A DNA stretch of 63,045 nucleotides, filler included, from Choristocarpus tenellus KU-1152 (taxonomy: Eukaryota; Protista; Phaeophyceae): NCBI GenBank assembly GCA_964200185.2. It is 9 parts of 9 records of this genome, joined end to end, with 100 filler letters (N's around TTAATTAATTAA, not from the genome) between each part and the next. Parts side by side here need not be neighbours in the genome. Positions count along the whole stretch, not along the records: positions 1 to 16,643 come from CAXNAD020000800.1; 8 more parts are not named here. The stretch is one strand, 5' to 3'. The notes under the pieces were generated by a model, which did not search any database, had not been told where the DNA came from, and saw only the letters and a list, made by a program, of their open reading frames with translations. Both the position numbers and the translations under genes were made by a program. Shown here piece after piece: positions 1 through 12,839 of the stretch. Numbering within the stretch: position 1 is the first letter of the stretch; each line of letters begins with the position of its first letter.

Positions 1-46
1 TGACCCCAAATGGACAGCCTCCACCCCCTCCCAGATACTTTGAGCC
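1..46. mobile_element. MITE subfamily B, one end (TIR ...GATACTTTGAGCC)
   Basis: ccaaatggacagc...cccc.ccagatactttgagcc recurs at 27769-27810 and 49790-49835, and in reverse complement from 16520. Confidence 0.75.
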
Positions 47-2025
47 TTAGTCCGAGGGGACTCAGACTCGTGGTAAATAGTAGCTTTGAGGTGAACAACA
101 ATACAGGGAACAATACAAAAAGCTAGAATAAAGGAAACATAGAAAAAAGCAATAATAACTGTCAATGTATGACGAGGGACTCAAGAGAGATAGGTCCAGT
201 CACTAGAACCCAGCAGATAGTAAGCACCATTAAATAGTTCATAGCTCGGAGGTGTACCACTGCACACCATGAATCACAATGAAAATTCAGAACTAATCAG
301 AAGAATCCGCATGCAGTAGTAAGGGTGAATTCGCAACCTCACCTACTTTAGCTTCTTTAGTATTAAGGGTTGAGGTATTTGGAATTCCTAACCACCCCCA
401 TTAAACCCTCTAATGCCCCATTCATGTAACTTCCCATTCATCTTGAACCTCTGTCCAGCACCCCTTAGCCAGTTACCTAATCCCTATACCAGACATCAAC
501 TATCCCTTCTGGGACTCGCCTCTTTGTCTATATTGACAGCTCTCATACAAGAGCAAAGGAGGAGGGGACTCTGCGTGTTTTCTCAGCATCCCAGCACACA
601 TGTTCAACGAGGGGGTAGTGACGGTTGCTGTGGGAACACGATCCTTGTGCTTGAAATGCTCACTGGATGAGGTGAGGGTTGAGTAGAGGTTGGATTTTTT
701 GGGTTGCAAAGGGAGGTGAGGGTTGGATAAGGGTTGGAGAGTTGGGGGTGTAAAGGGCATGTCTATTTCCAATGTCGGAGGGTGAGGGTGTAGGGGTGTG
801 GTTGGGTGGTTGGGTGGGTGATTTGGTGAAGGGGAAGAGTTGTTTGTATAGAGGTGGAGACCACAGGTATTGGGAGGCCACAAAGGAAACACTGAAATCG
901 GCAATCAATGAGAAAGGAAGGTAGAAATCTCACGTAAGCTCTCGTATTCTACAAACAACGAATTTGTATACACTATTAGGTCTGACGAATGCTTGGGTAT
1001 TTATTACAAACCAGTTAATTACATATTACTGTCCTTCCTATCCAATAGGGCATTCATATTGCTACCTCATGAACGCACCAAACTCTCCTCACCTATTTGT
1101 TGGCCAGTTCCCCATGCTACGGCGATTGGAGACACTCCCACCCCCAGTACCCCAGAGCAGAAATGTCAGCAGAGGTAACAGAGACCAGAAGGGTGGGGTC
1201 ACGTGCACCTTGGTTGTACGAATGGCTGGGGATAGAAAAGAGTTCTCCCGCCTGCGGAAGGTGGGTCTCAATCATCAGGCGTTATATGTGTCATACACTG
1301 ACACCATTTGCTTGCTCCACACTATCATAGGGATTTTCCTTTCCTTGGCATAAATGACAGACATAGAATCATTTCAATAATTGACTAATTGACGTTCTAC
1401 TTTTGGTAAGATATATCCTCATCGATATCTATAACACATCCTATACTTTGAATGGCAGCACCCCACCAATGTGTTCCACCTGTAGTGTCACAGCTCTGTT
1501 CACTGGACCAAACATCAGCCTTGAATGCAAGGAAGAATAAAATAATGGCCCAGGGAATGCTAATACTCTGTCCTCACCTGATTGCACAAACCTGACCAAA
1601 TCTCCTTTACCTAGTTCTGGCTGACCATTCATGTTCTTCAACCTTACCCTTGTTAGAATCCTTGCCCTGACCCTTCTTACCCCCCTCTCCCACACCCTCA
1701 GACTTTATTTCCCCTCAACTTGCCCCAAATCGTTCCTCTCTTGACTTTGCCTCCTGGACACAGTCCATCAGCAGAGTAAAATCGAGAGCCAGTGGTGCTT
1801 TAGCTGGAGATGATAACACTAATCATGCAAAAGCTTCAATTCTGAAAGCCACCCCAACCAAGGTCAAGACACACAATAAAACCAACACTGCCCCATCGAC
1901 AATTTTATGCAGTAATGGGGCTTTCCCTGTGGACAACACGGGTTCTGGTATTGCAGCAAAGACTCCTGTTAAGGCGAGCATGGTCAGCACAAAGGATACA
2001 ATGGTGAAGAGAGAAAATATAGAGA

Positions 2026-2084
2026 AGGGAAATCCAGGGTAGGGAAATCCAGGGTAGGGAAAACCAGGGTAGGGAAACTCTGGG
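2026..2084. repeat. 15-bp tandem repeat (AGGGAAATCCAGGGT) x~4
   Basis: Directly visible units at 2026, 2041, 2056 and 2071. Confidence 0.9.
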
Positions 2085-3802
2085 ATCAAGGGCGGGACAA
2101 GAGTAAGCCATGAGAGGTTGGCAAATGAATAAATGTCTTTTGAGTATTTTCAACTTAACATATCCGGTTCACTTGCTTTCACTCCCTCCCCCTGCCTCAA
2201 GTAAATTTCAAATCACATCTCACTCGCACTTTGCCTTGTATCATTCTCTCCCCACCCTGCTTAAGCACTTCATTCTCAATGCAAACCATCTGACCAGGGC
2301 CCCCCTACCAGTTTCCCCCGGACTTCATGTGATAAGAGCAAGAGCAACAGATTGACAATCAATCGTGCCTGTGGGAAGGATGATAAGGAAAACAGAGATG
2401 CGGAGCATAGGTGCCTACAAGGCGAGAAAGAAAACACAGAGGGCGGCAATTTGGCTGACCACAAGGATGACAGTGTGAAGAACAAAAATGTGAGGGTTGA
2501 GGATCTGGCGAAACCAACTATATCTCAAGCTTCTACTAAAAAAAGGAGCACCAGCCCAACACTTGATCGTGTGGGGCCACAGGTGTAGGATATGCTACAA
2601 GATGAGAAGCGGAATTCGCCCTTCTCCAAGATTCTCCCCTGTAATAAATAATCTGGAATACTTTGTAGTAGTTGGTATTATTCTGGAGGTTGCAAGACAC
2701 AAAGGCGTATCGAGTGTGTATCATATTCAGGGTTAACCATGTTGTCTTATCACTAAGAACTAGGGATGCTATGGAGCATACCCCAGACGAGATTTACGCT
2801 AGGGAGTAGATGGTAGTCTGTGGCGGAATATCACTACAAAGTTTGAATACAAGTCCTTGTATTGGCATTCATTTTCGGGAATGAATCATGGCATTGATTC
2901 CTCTGGTGCACGGCCATTGAACCACGACATGGTGTTACTTCATAATTACACACCACTTCAAAGTGTGATGCTATGGTATATCAATAGATGCTTCCTGCCA
3001 AAATGTAATATACTTCATCTATATTTCTGATAAATTAGACATGATCACATGTGGAGTGGAGGCAATTTGCAGTTAATATTCTTTTGAAGTGAAATGTTTG
3101 TGGATCTCGAAAGCATGCTGTGCGTTTTGTAATACGTTTGCAAGCACATGTTAGGACTATGCTAGGACTGACATTGGTTGCTGGATAGACTCCATTGTAC
3201 CTTTTTGGGAAGTTGCATATGTCTTGCGCACTCAAAGTTGAAGGAGTTCCCTTGTCCATACGTTTAATTCAACTTGGGGGTGCAGATGTGGATACTATAG
3301 TTGTAAGGTCCAATCACAACTCTAAACCTGGAGTATCATTAACAGCTTCTTCATCCCCATGCTCATTCTACCTTTGTATTTTCCCCATTAAAAGAGCAAA
3401 AGGGCAAACAGGAGCCCCACGACCATAACGCCATGTGATATGAAGAAGAGGCCACAGGAAACTGACCAAGGAGCGGCGGCAATGTCATGTTGGGAAAAGG
3501 TTTGAGCCCAACAGCTCTATGAATAACACATAGACCAACAATTCAAATGCAGGAGATGGTGGTTGACTGCACAAAGAGCAGTGGCGTTACATGAGCATTA
3601 ATAGACTTGGCAAGAATGATCCGTAGCCTTGCTAACCCTTTAATGGCCTCTCGCTGGCTATCCCTGTTCTATCGCCCTCCACCCGTCCTCGCCACCCTTA
3701 CTACAATTCATATTTTAGGGCTTGATCTCTCTAGGTCTTACCCATCCCCTTTTTCTTTCATGTGCATAATAGGCGGGGGCACCTCTTGCAACAAAAATAC
3801 CT

Positions 3803-5551
3803 ATGACCAAGAGCAAGCCTGTTAAACGACCTCCAGCTCCTGCCTCTTTGGTAGCTCATAGGTCGTGCTCATCTAAGGACAATATCAATAGCTGGAGTAG
3901 TCATGACAGCACTATCACCGCCAAAGGTGGTAGAGGTAGGATAGGTCGCGCATCCTGCCAGACACAGAGATCCCACTCATTAGAAACAGTGAGTTATAGC
4001 GATTCCAGGAAGGGTAGTCATAGGAATGGGGGAGACCCCAGTATTCGTGATAAGAACAAGGGCAAGGGCAAAGACAAGGGGCTGAGTGGGAGCAGGGTCA
4101 AGGGAAGTGGTAACGGCAATAATCAAGGAGTGGGGTTGGTTGGACATGAACCTGTGGATACCTTCCCAGGAGTGTTTTCCCTGGATTATCAGGAGGGTGA
4201 GGGTGAGGGTGATGATGAGAGTGAGGGCAGAAGGGTGGAGAGACATAGGAACAAGGGAGGAAGATCAGGTGGTGATGCCAAAGAGAACGAAGAGCATGGG
4301 CATAAGGAGGTGGAGGAGGAGGAGGAGGAGGAATCATGGATGGCTCCACGCCGCCTCATCACAGCTCTTGATAGTCGCAGTTTCTCCTCATCCAAGGGAA
4401 GGAAAGAGGTATGTATGTAGAATTTAATGTGGGAGGTTTCAATGCTTGTGTGGTTATCGTGAGGGCCATAAACCGTGAGGGGTTCAATGCTAGTTTCTTC
4501 TTCTGGAAAAATGTATGAAACATTTAAATTTTCAATGTCAAACGATGTTAGCATAAGATATTTGCATATGCTAACAGGAAGTAGGGCCATATAGTTCATA
4601 AATGAAGTGGTATGTTCCAGAAAGACTCAAGAGTTCAAGGGTGCAAACCGTTTGCCCTATAAGAAATAAGTTATTGTCAACACAAACCCAGGGGCAAGGA
4701 GCATGCTCACCCTTCAATCTTGGGTTGTTTTTCTAGAGGCAAGGGGCTTGATACCATATTTGTGTGGTTGATGAAGGTTTGGGAGCAAACACATTAATGC
4801 ACTAGTGATTCAGTATTCTAAATTGGTGTATTACTGACCAAAGAGAGAAATATAGAGTCAAAGCATCTTTGAGGGTAGAGCCGCGTCTGTTTGAGGACCA
4901 AAATCCAATGTTGTGATTTTGGTGAAATTTTGGCTATCATGCTTGGTAGGAAGTGTCAATATCCTTGTTCCAGACACACGTTTTCATAATGTATGCATTT
5001 GAGTCAAAGTATCTTAGAGGGTAGAGCCGCGTCCATTTTGGGGTCAAAATCCAATGTTGCGATTTTGATGCAATTTTGGCTATTATGATTGTTAGGAGAT
5101 GTCAATATCCTTGTTCCGGGCACATCTTTTCATAGCGTATACATTTTACCTACTCGGAAACATTTTGGAGGAGGTAGTATGTCATTAAAAACCCGTGGGA
5201 AGTCAAGCCCCAAATGGACAAACAGGGCAAAACTCCTACTCTCTATGATACTTTCACTTATAATTATATTCCCGATCTGTTTTTCGTGTGTCACCCTGTT
5301 CTTTTATTTCACAGGTTCCGCTGGGAATCAATGATTCGGAGATATCTCAGACCAGTACCACACCTCAAAAAAATATATCGCAACAACCGTGTCCACTTCG
5401 TCAAACGCTGAGGCAGGTGCAGAGAACGCGTTCGTTTTGGGTCCTCCACTCGTGGCAAATCCCACTCCAGGTCGAGATCCCGGCACAGGCACTCTCAACA
5501 AGACACAAGGAGGACCAGAGAAGAACACAGAGACCGCTCCCGTTCACCTAG
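3803..5551 (+). CDS. Putative low-complexity (G/K/E/S-rich) protein, possibly two exons (3803-4408, 5315-5551); may be a pseudogene
   Basis: 202 codons from ATG 3803 end at a strong donor AG|GTATGT (4408/4409). A pyrimidine-rich acceptor tttcacag|5315 continues in phase 0 to stop 5551. An alternative frame near 5450-5580 reads RSRSRHRH...RDRSRSPRR, suggesting frameshift decay. No family recognised. Confidence 0.35.
4855..5258 (+). mobile_element. MITE subfamily A: partial copy (4855-5000) fused to a full copy (5001-5258)
   Basis: GAGTCAAAG(T/C)ATC left TIR occurs at both 4855 and 5001; right TIR GATACTTTCACT ends at 5258; TATA flanks the composite on both sides (4851-4854, 5259-5262). Confidence 0.85.
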
Positions 5552-5889
5552 ACGTCATTGTCCAATCAGATATTCTTCTCCACCCATATTTGTCTCACTA
5601 AGGCCATTTCGGGGGTAACACCGGATTACGGTACGCCGGCACAGAGAAGTGGAAATACAGTTGCGTTTGGATGATATTTATTGTCTTGATCCGTCACAAT
5701 CGCCTGTGGTAAGCGTGAAACATGTATTCTTAGTTCACGCTGGGGGCCATGTTACAAACGAATAGCATGTCTACCTTTTCGCACTCTAACCAGTGTGAAA
5801 AGTCTTGCTATGGCTTATAGATTTTTATGTTATTGCTCGACATTTTGTCTGTGTTTGTCGAGAGATGATTCTTGTGTCTTGTACTTGTT

Positions 5890-6690
5890 TGTGTTGATAG
5901 TTCTGAAGAAGGAGGGTCTTGCTATGACACTCCCTATTTTGATGATATTGTAAGACACTTGTCTTGTTTGCTTTTTTTGTTCATAGTTCCTACATAAGGT
6001 AAGCCTTTCCATGGCAGCACCCTACCTCTATGCGACTGTGAGGCATTTGTGTGGGTGTCATATAGTTGTTTGTGTTTAGTTCTGAGGGGGGAGAGTCTAT
6101 GACAACACCCTATTTCAGTGGTATTACAATTTTGCATCCATATCCATTTGTGTTGATATTTGCGAGGGGGGAGAGTCTTACTATGACACTCCCTATTTTT
6201 CTGAGTCCTTTGTTTATATGTTCTTTGTTTATTGGTTGAGCAAGTCTTTATATGGCAGGACCTTTTTTTTGTTTGTGACTGTGAGATATCTTGGTGTCCA
6301 ATAATTGGTGTTTATAGCTGTGAAGGGGGACCGTCTAAGCAGTACCCTATTTGAGTGCTATTGTAACTTTGTGCCTGTACTTATTTTTGCTTATAGTTGT
6401 GAAGAAGGAGAGACTTGCTGAGATGCTCTCTATTGCTATTTTTTTTTGTAAGATGTTTGGATTTTATTGTATATATTCATAGTTCCTAGCAAGCCATTAC
6501 AGCACCCAATCTCTTTTGTGACTGTGAGGCATGGTCTTAGTGTCCTGTCGTTTCTGTGTTCTAGTTATGAAAGGGGAGAGTCCATGGCAATACCCAAGTT
6601 CAGTGCTACTATGGTTTTGTGTCTGTATTTGTGTTCGTTTATCTTGGAAGGGGTGGAGTCTTTTTAGACAGTACCCTACTTTTGACGTGT
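5890..6690. repeat. Degenerate ~82-bp tandem array (~10 units) with apparent three-unit higher-order period
   Basis: Motif (GA)AGGGGGAGAGTCT..(T)ATG.CA.(T)ACCCTATTT recurs near 5905, 5995, 6080, 6160, 6240, 6320, 6400, 6485, 6570 and 6647. GACTGTGAG appears only in every third unit (~6035, ~6278, ~6520). Confidence 0.7.
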
Positions 6691-6737
6691 GTATGAGAAT
6701 CTGGTGTAGAAGTTTTTCTTTTGAACGTTGAGTCAAA

Positions 6738-7305
6738 TGCAGAGTGAGTGCCGTGAGGTGCGAGTGTTGCGCTAACATATCTGTCGTCAGGGCAAACGTT
6801 GGAAGGGGGGTTTTCCTCCATGTTTCCTCCTCCGTTGGATCCCCAACGCTGCCTATTGATATGTTAGGACCTGGAAGTGACATTAATTTCATTTCTGATG
6901 CGTTCATGATGGGATGAGGAGTGACATTATCCTTCCTTGTCCAATCGCCTGTTTATCACATTGAAGCAGTTATGCTTCATGCTAGGGGGGCATGTCACAG
7001 GCGATATGTCTTGATGGAGGTTTCATAAACACCATTATGGCATTGAAGTTCTAGATTTGATATATTTGTACTTCTTGATTATTTATTTATTATTTGGTCA
7101 TTATGGTCTCCGATTGTGATAAGGTATCCTTGATCAGTTCCTTTCTTATACATACGATGATATTGATGATAATTCAAGTGAGAGATCCAGCATACTTGAC
7201 GACTTGTGCATCAGGAGTCCTATACGTACATAAGTATCATCCATTAGCCCGTAGATTGGAGTTATACATCCTGTGGAGGTAAGCTTTCGGGGGCGCCTGT
7301 AACAG
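6738..7305 (+). repeat. Dispersed repeat copy 1 (decayed coding sequence, USP-like C-terminal relic)
   Basis: Near-identical to 14803-15328; its 3' half matches 11088-11397; a diverged core match lies at 5690-5770. Confidence 0.85.
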
Positions 7306-7427
7306 AGAGACCCTGAAGCCATGATCTCAAGTGCAGGTCATTGATGCCAGTGCAGACAGTAAGGCGACCTTCACTCTTTTACACGGGCTCAAGGTTGCAA
7401 AGAGACTCCGAAGCCGTGATCTCAAGG

Positions 7428-8459
7428 GAACTACTATCTAGATATTTCTAAGTTTATTAAGTACGTCCGTCTGGAAGGGGATAGATCCCATAGGGGTTTG
7501 TGTACCTGCAACAGAGGGACAGGGTATAGGAGGGAACGTGTCATGACTCCTTACATCTCTGAGAACCAGAGAGTTTATGTTGAAGTCAACATACAAACTA
7601 TACTTACTAGTTCTATGCGGGAAGCCTTGACACAAAGACAATGTGGTAAGCGTTAGAGACTCGATTACCGATTTGTTCTGGGATGACGATATAATACATG
7701 ATATAGGATGGAGAGGTGGGTGGGAGTCATTACTTGTGATAGGTAGAGTTGCTAACTATCTACCAGGAGTCAAAGTATCTTAGAGGGTAGAGCCGCGTCC
7801 ATTTGGGGACCAAAACCCAATGTTTCGATTATGATGTAATTTTGTTTATCTTGTTTGTTAGGAAGTATCAATATACCCTTGTTCCGGACACACCTTTCCA
7901 TAGTGTATACATTTGACCTACTCTGAACATTTCGGAGTAGGTAAAATGTCATAAAAAACCCGTCGGAAGCCAATCCCCAAACGGACAAACAGGCCAAAAC
8001 TCTTAGCCTCTAAGATACGTTCACTCCCAGGTGATGTACTGATGTCTCGAGAAATATATCTCGTGTTCTATTATGGATGTTGACTATCATACAAACCATG
8101 GCCACAACAGATAGGTGGCAACTCTATTTATATCACAAGTAATGACTCTCACCCACCCCTCCATCCTATACCTTGTATGAAATCGTCATCCCAGAACAGA
8201 TCGGTATTCAAGTCTCTACCGCTTACCACACTGTCTTTGGATCAAGACTTACGTAGAACTAATAGGTAGAGTTTGTATGTTGACCAGGTTTTTGCCATGT
8301 TGACTTCAACATAAACTCTCTGGTTCTGAGAGATGTAAGGGGTCATGCAGCGCTCTCTCCTCTACCCTGTCCCTCTGACGTAGGCACGCAACCCCTGCGG
8401 GATCTATCCCCTCCCAGGCGGCCTACATAAAATACTTGAAAATATCTAGAGAATAGTCC
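7428..8459. mobile_element. Foldback / long inverted-repeat element (arms ~7428-7761 and ~8109-8459) with a nested MITE
   Basis: The arms are reverse complements, e.g. ccttacatctctgagaaccagagagtttatgttgaagtcaacat vs atgttgacttcaacataaactctctggttctgagagatgtaagg, and gttctgggatgacgat vs atcgtcatcccagaac. Confidence 0.85.
7767..8026 (+). mobile_element. MITE subfamily A, full copy, TSD CCAG
   Basis: GAGTCAAAGTATC...GATACGTTCACTC, flanked by CCAG at 7763-7766 and 8027-8030. Confidence 0.9.
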
Positions 8460-8510
8460 AACATCAGTAAGGTCTAAGTATCATATCGTTTTGGAATTAG
8501 CAGCGTCAGA

Positions 8511-8582
8511 GCTCCTGTAGCTCAGTGGTAGAGCGTCAGCTTAGTAAGCTGCAGGTCCTGAGTTCGACTCTCAGTGGGAGCT
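8511..8582 (+). tRNA. tRNA-Thr (anticodon AGT)
   Basis: Cloverleaf: acceptor GCTCCTG/TGGGAGC, D arm GCTC-AGTGGTA-GAGC, anticodon arm TCAGC-TTAGTAA-GCTGC (one mismatch), T arm CTGAG-TTCGACT-CTCAG. A and B boxes are intact, CCA is not encoded, and no T-run terminator follows immediately. Confidence 0.9.
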
Positions 8583-10559
8583 GTAAGGTGGTTAGATACG
8601 CATAATGACAAATCATTATCACGAAGAAGGTTATCTTCGTTAAAGTTCACGAAAAATTATTATTGGTGTGATTTTTGTGAAGGCTTCGATCATGTGGCTG
8701 AGCATTTTGTTGGTTTCGATATTTATGACATTGTATCTACACGGCACAGTATTTCAAGTATCATTTCGTCATGTATCGAACAAAAATAAGCTAGCGATTG
8801 TATCACAAAAAGGAACAAAGGAGGTGGTATGGTTTCTTTGACACCTACCTTGTTCCTGCCCTAGCATTTTTGTGGTTTGGTGACAGAAAGGATGGTACAG
8901 GTGTACATAATCCATATTTTTACAATAATATATGCAAAATGTTTTATTGTGATAATTCGAGACCGGGTTTGCCACGAGAAGAAGTATGGCATCGATGGGG
9001 TTGGAATCCATGAAATTCATGGAAGGAACAAGCTCCATACCACTATGGAAGACACTCAAACATGTAAACATCTTTTTGAATTTCGTATCCACATCTGTTT
9101 TTTGTCGACTACCCTGATCTATAATTTGTGTGTTTTCGTGTGTTTAGTTTGTCAACAGAAAAACGACTCTCTTCGTGGTGTAGTTATATAAATATTATGG
9201 CCAACAAAGTGTTACATGGACTATCATGGCTATTGGGGCAAAATCTTCTGTCGATAATGCCAAAACAACGAAAGGAGGGCTAGAAATTCATTTGGTATTT
9301 TTTTACTCATTTAGATCATACCATGCTCGCACACGTAAATTCCTTACAGGTTTTGCGAGTACCAACACACACGGTACACGTGAGAGAACCGTTCCAATGG
9401 TTCTAAGATGGGCAGTAGATTAAGGGTCTGCCAATAACTAATTCACTCCAGCTTCCACCTTACGGAATATCGGTAATTCTGACTCTGATCAATAGTGCCT
9501 TGGTGCAAATAATGATGTTTATGGTTATGAAAGTGCATCTGCATCAAGTTAGTGTCCTCCCCTCCCCTTGGTACCAACTGTACTTAAGATCAAAATCTCC
9601 CTTCCTTGCATGTCAAGCGAGTAATGATTTGTGCTCCTCATGTTGGGTTTCGAGACTCATTTACAGCTCATCATTGCAATCAAGACATGTCTTCACCACG
9701 TCTACATATCATTGTCCAGTTTGTTGCCGACATCATCCCGCCAACAACACATGGATGCACTCAAGGGCAGAGACTGAACTTGCACAATCGGTAACATGTC
9801 ACAACCCCACAACATGGTTCAATCATAATTTCAATCCACTTAATCATTACACAAGCTTAAAACACAGTTGTATCCGATGTAGAGGCCAAGGAGGAGCAGA
9901 AGTCAACAAGGAGGGCGTTCCAACCAATCTGCACTCTCACGTAGTTGACGTATATCATTGTAAGACGGAACTATTTCCTACCTCACTCCCTCACTCCATA
10001 CATGTTGCTTCCATGACAGACAAGGGCGGCCACTCCATCTATTTGTTATGATCTTACTCTTAGAGTATTATCGAGATTGAAATTACATCTAACCCTAGGG
10101 GGGTTATTTATTCTGTTTTGTATCCATTCTTGTTTTGCCCTCCCTGCTAGATATGCATTCACCCCATTTGTGACCTCATCGTTTCAATATATCTTTTTTA
10201 AACTTCAGGTGCTCCTAAAACGACTCCATGATGAAGATGGACGAGAGTAGGGAAGAATCCTACGAATCCGTTAGATCTCTCCTCCACTATTGACGTTGAG
10301 TCCCTAAATTGAAACGAAGAACTCTTCTCGGTATATTGCGTACCGAATCTTCCCGTACCATAATTCTGGGTACACTATTACAGAAACATAGGAAGGAAAA
10401 TATTACTACAGTGTAAGTTAACTTGTACAGAAGGGTTCATGCGATATTGGTTTGACTTTTCCCCTTCACAATGTCACGCGGCATAATAATATAATGTAAT
10501 GTATCTACACACGTCTTGTATATCACATCCACATCCCACATCCCACATCTTCCTCACAC

Positions 10560-11090
10560 GATTCCCCCATGAGTGGGAGGAGGGACTATCGAGGGGAAGG
10601 TCCACGATGTTCACCTTGACGATTCGGGGGCATACATGTACTCTGTGTGGTACCTTCCTGACGATGGCGAAAGGTCATTGCCCCCTGAACTGAGGCCGTA
10701 CATGTCAGTGGACGAGATCGAGGAGGAAGTCGAACAACTTCGGGAGAAGAAGCAGGAGGACAGTGTTAATAGGCCTGCAGCAGCCCAGCGTGTCAGGCAG
10801 GAGAAGCGTGCGGACGAGGAGGAGGATATCCAGAGATACATCCTCCTGGAACCGTCATTGAAGGCTGTGCCTGGCTTGGATGAGAGGGAAGCGCTATATG
10901 GCAGTGCAAAGGGCAGGGGGGCTGTACTTCAGATGGAACAATCGGTCGATGCAAGGGACGGTGACCAAGTACAAACCCCACTACACGGTGAGAGTTGTAG
11001 AGGAGCGGGTCAGTTACCCCTACGAGGCTAAATGGAAGAATGGCAAATCCAGCTTCTTGCAGAACGATATAGTAGTACCGAAAAGGACGT
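10560..11090 (+). pseudogene. Frameshifted coding relic with two short Tudor/SH3-like beta-rich segments
   Basis: GC-rich coding-like segments EGKVHDVHLDDSGAYMYSVWY and QGTVTKYKPHYTVRVVEERVSYPYEAKW in different frames. It runs directly into the dispersed repeat at 11088. The domain call is a guess. Confidence 0.3.
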
Positions 11091-11397
11091 GTCACAGGCG
11101 ATATGTCTTTATGGTGGTTTCATTAAAACCATTATGACATTGAATTTCTAGATTTGATATACTTGTACTTCTTGTTTTATTTATTTATTATTTGGTCATT
11201 ATGGTCCCCGATTGTGATAAGACATCATGGATCATTTCGTTTTTATATGATGACATTGACGATAATCCAAGTGAGAGATCCAGCATACTTGACGACTTGT
11301 GCATCAGGAGTCCTATACGTACATCAGCACCATCCATAGGCCGGCAGATTGGAGCTATACATCCTGAGGAGGTAAGCTTCTGGGGCGCCTGTAACAG
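11088..11397 (+). repeat. Dispersed repeat copy 2 (3' half)
   Basis: tgtcacaggcgatatgtctt...ggtaagcttctggggcgcctgtaacaga is shared with ~6990-7305 and ~15060-15328. Confidence 0.85.
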
Positions 11398-11658
11398 ACG
11401 CTCCTGCGCGGACCTGGTTCTGGACAAGTTCCACATCACCAGAATGCTAGGAGGGACACAGCTTTCAGGAGCTACCTAAGCCGTTCCTATCCAGGAGCCA
11501 CCCTGTCCTGCAACAATGCCGTACATGCCTCTACGGACATCGTACGTTGGATAGATCGGATTTCGTCAAATGCAAGTGATTTATTACATTTAATTCATTC
11601 GAATGAAAATATTAGACTATCGTTCATGTACATATCTGTCCTCGTACGCACGCTTTTA

Positions 11659-11915
11659 GAGTTAAATTATCTTAGAGGGTACGAGTTTTGCCCTGTTTTT
11701 CCATTTGGGGCTTGGCTTCCCTCAGGGTCTTTATGACATTTCCCACTCCAAAATATTTCGGAGTAGGTAAAATGCATACGTTATGAAAAGGTGTGTCTGG
11801 AACAAGGATATTGACGCTTCCTAACCAACACGACAGCCAAAATTACAACGAAATCGCAACATTGGATTTTGGTCCCCAAATGGACGCGGCTCTACCCTCA
11901 AAGATACTTTAGCTC
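11659..11915 (-). mobile_element. MITE subfamily A, full copy in reverse orientation
   Basis: Reverse complement of 7767-8026; ends GAGTTAAATTATC / GATACTTTAGCTC; flanks TTTA/TTAT (imperfect TSD). Confidence 0.85.
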
Positions 11916-12839
11916 TTATCGACCCGATAACAATGGATTTGGGGCGAAATTATATTTCCTGCCATGCTTCTCTTGTACTTACCGGTACCTTTCTTGATAC
12001 CTCGTACCAACTACAAAACACAAGCCAAAATATTTACTACAGGTAACCACTCTTCTAACCCTCGGCGATATGGCTCTAACCGCCTAACCCTAACAAAATT
12101 CGAACGTCAGGGCGACTTTTCGAACCCATATAATCACACAGTATACAAGGATCCAAGTGCCAAGCACAGGTCCTAAATGCATTCTATGCCATAAAACACC
12201 CCGAAAGGACAACAAACCCTCCACGACTGGAGACAGCAATTCCATGAATTTTTGAACACCTCGTCAGGGCCAAAACGGATGCCCCAGTGCAAACCACACA
12301 CACCCTACGGATACTTTGGTCCCTATTTGCGAGGAGAAGAGCAAGGAGGTAGGAAGGTTTTGGTGTGGAGCATTGTGAGTTCAGAAGGCAAGGCTCGACT
12401 GTATAGGTAGTGGTAGGTTATGGTGTTTGCACCACATGAAGGATAGGAGCGAGTAAAGAGGGGATGGATGCTGATCATGTCGAATCTTAATAGAGGCAGG
12501 AAGGTGTGCGACAATTGGATTGTTTGAAAAAAATATCTCCGTTCAAAGGCCACCAACAACATATCTAGCGATCTTGCACCTTGGAATCATTGTGGACCCC
12601 CAGAACTTTCTCGTTGGAATTAATTTCCCTCTCTCAATAAAGCTTTCCTGTTTGTAGAACATTTGCCCAACATTATTAAATACTACTATTCTCGTACACA
12701 CACCAAATTACTCAAACACAACTCAGACGACAAGGGAAGGACATATATCCAGGTGACATGCTTCATAGTGGTGAATGGTATGAAGCAACTAGATGTGATG
12801 CTGGGTTTCCAGTGAAAAATATATCAAGAGCTCAGCGAG

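Noticed and set aside
150-900. LINE endonuclease start (minus-strand EWGIRGFN resembling WNIRGLN), plus possible LINE debris at 12323-12560 and 49140-49500
   Set aside because: Only single degenerate motifs; too weak to annotate.
5890-6690. ~82-bp array as C2H2 zinc-finger or ankyrin coding repeats
   Set aside because: No frame preserves C/H spacing or ankyrin motifs, and unit length varies.
8600-10050. Decayed coding-like DNA downstream of the tRNA as an integrated giant-virus fragment
   Set aside because: No recognisable NCLDV or integrase motif.
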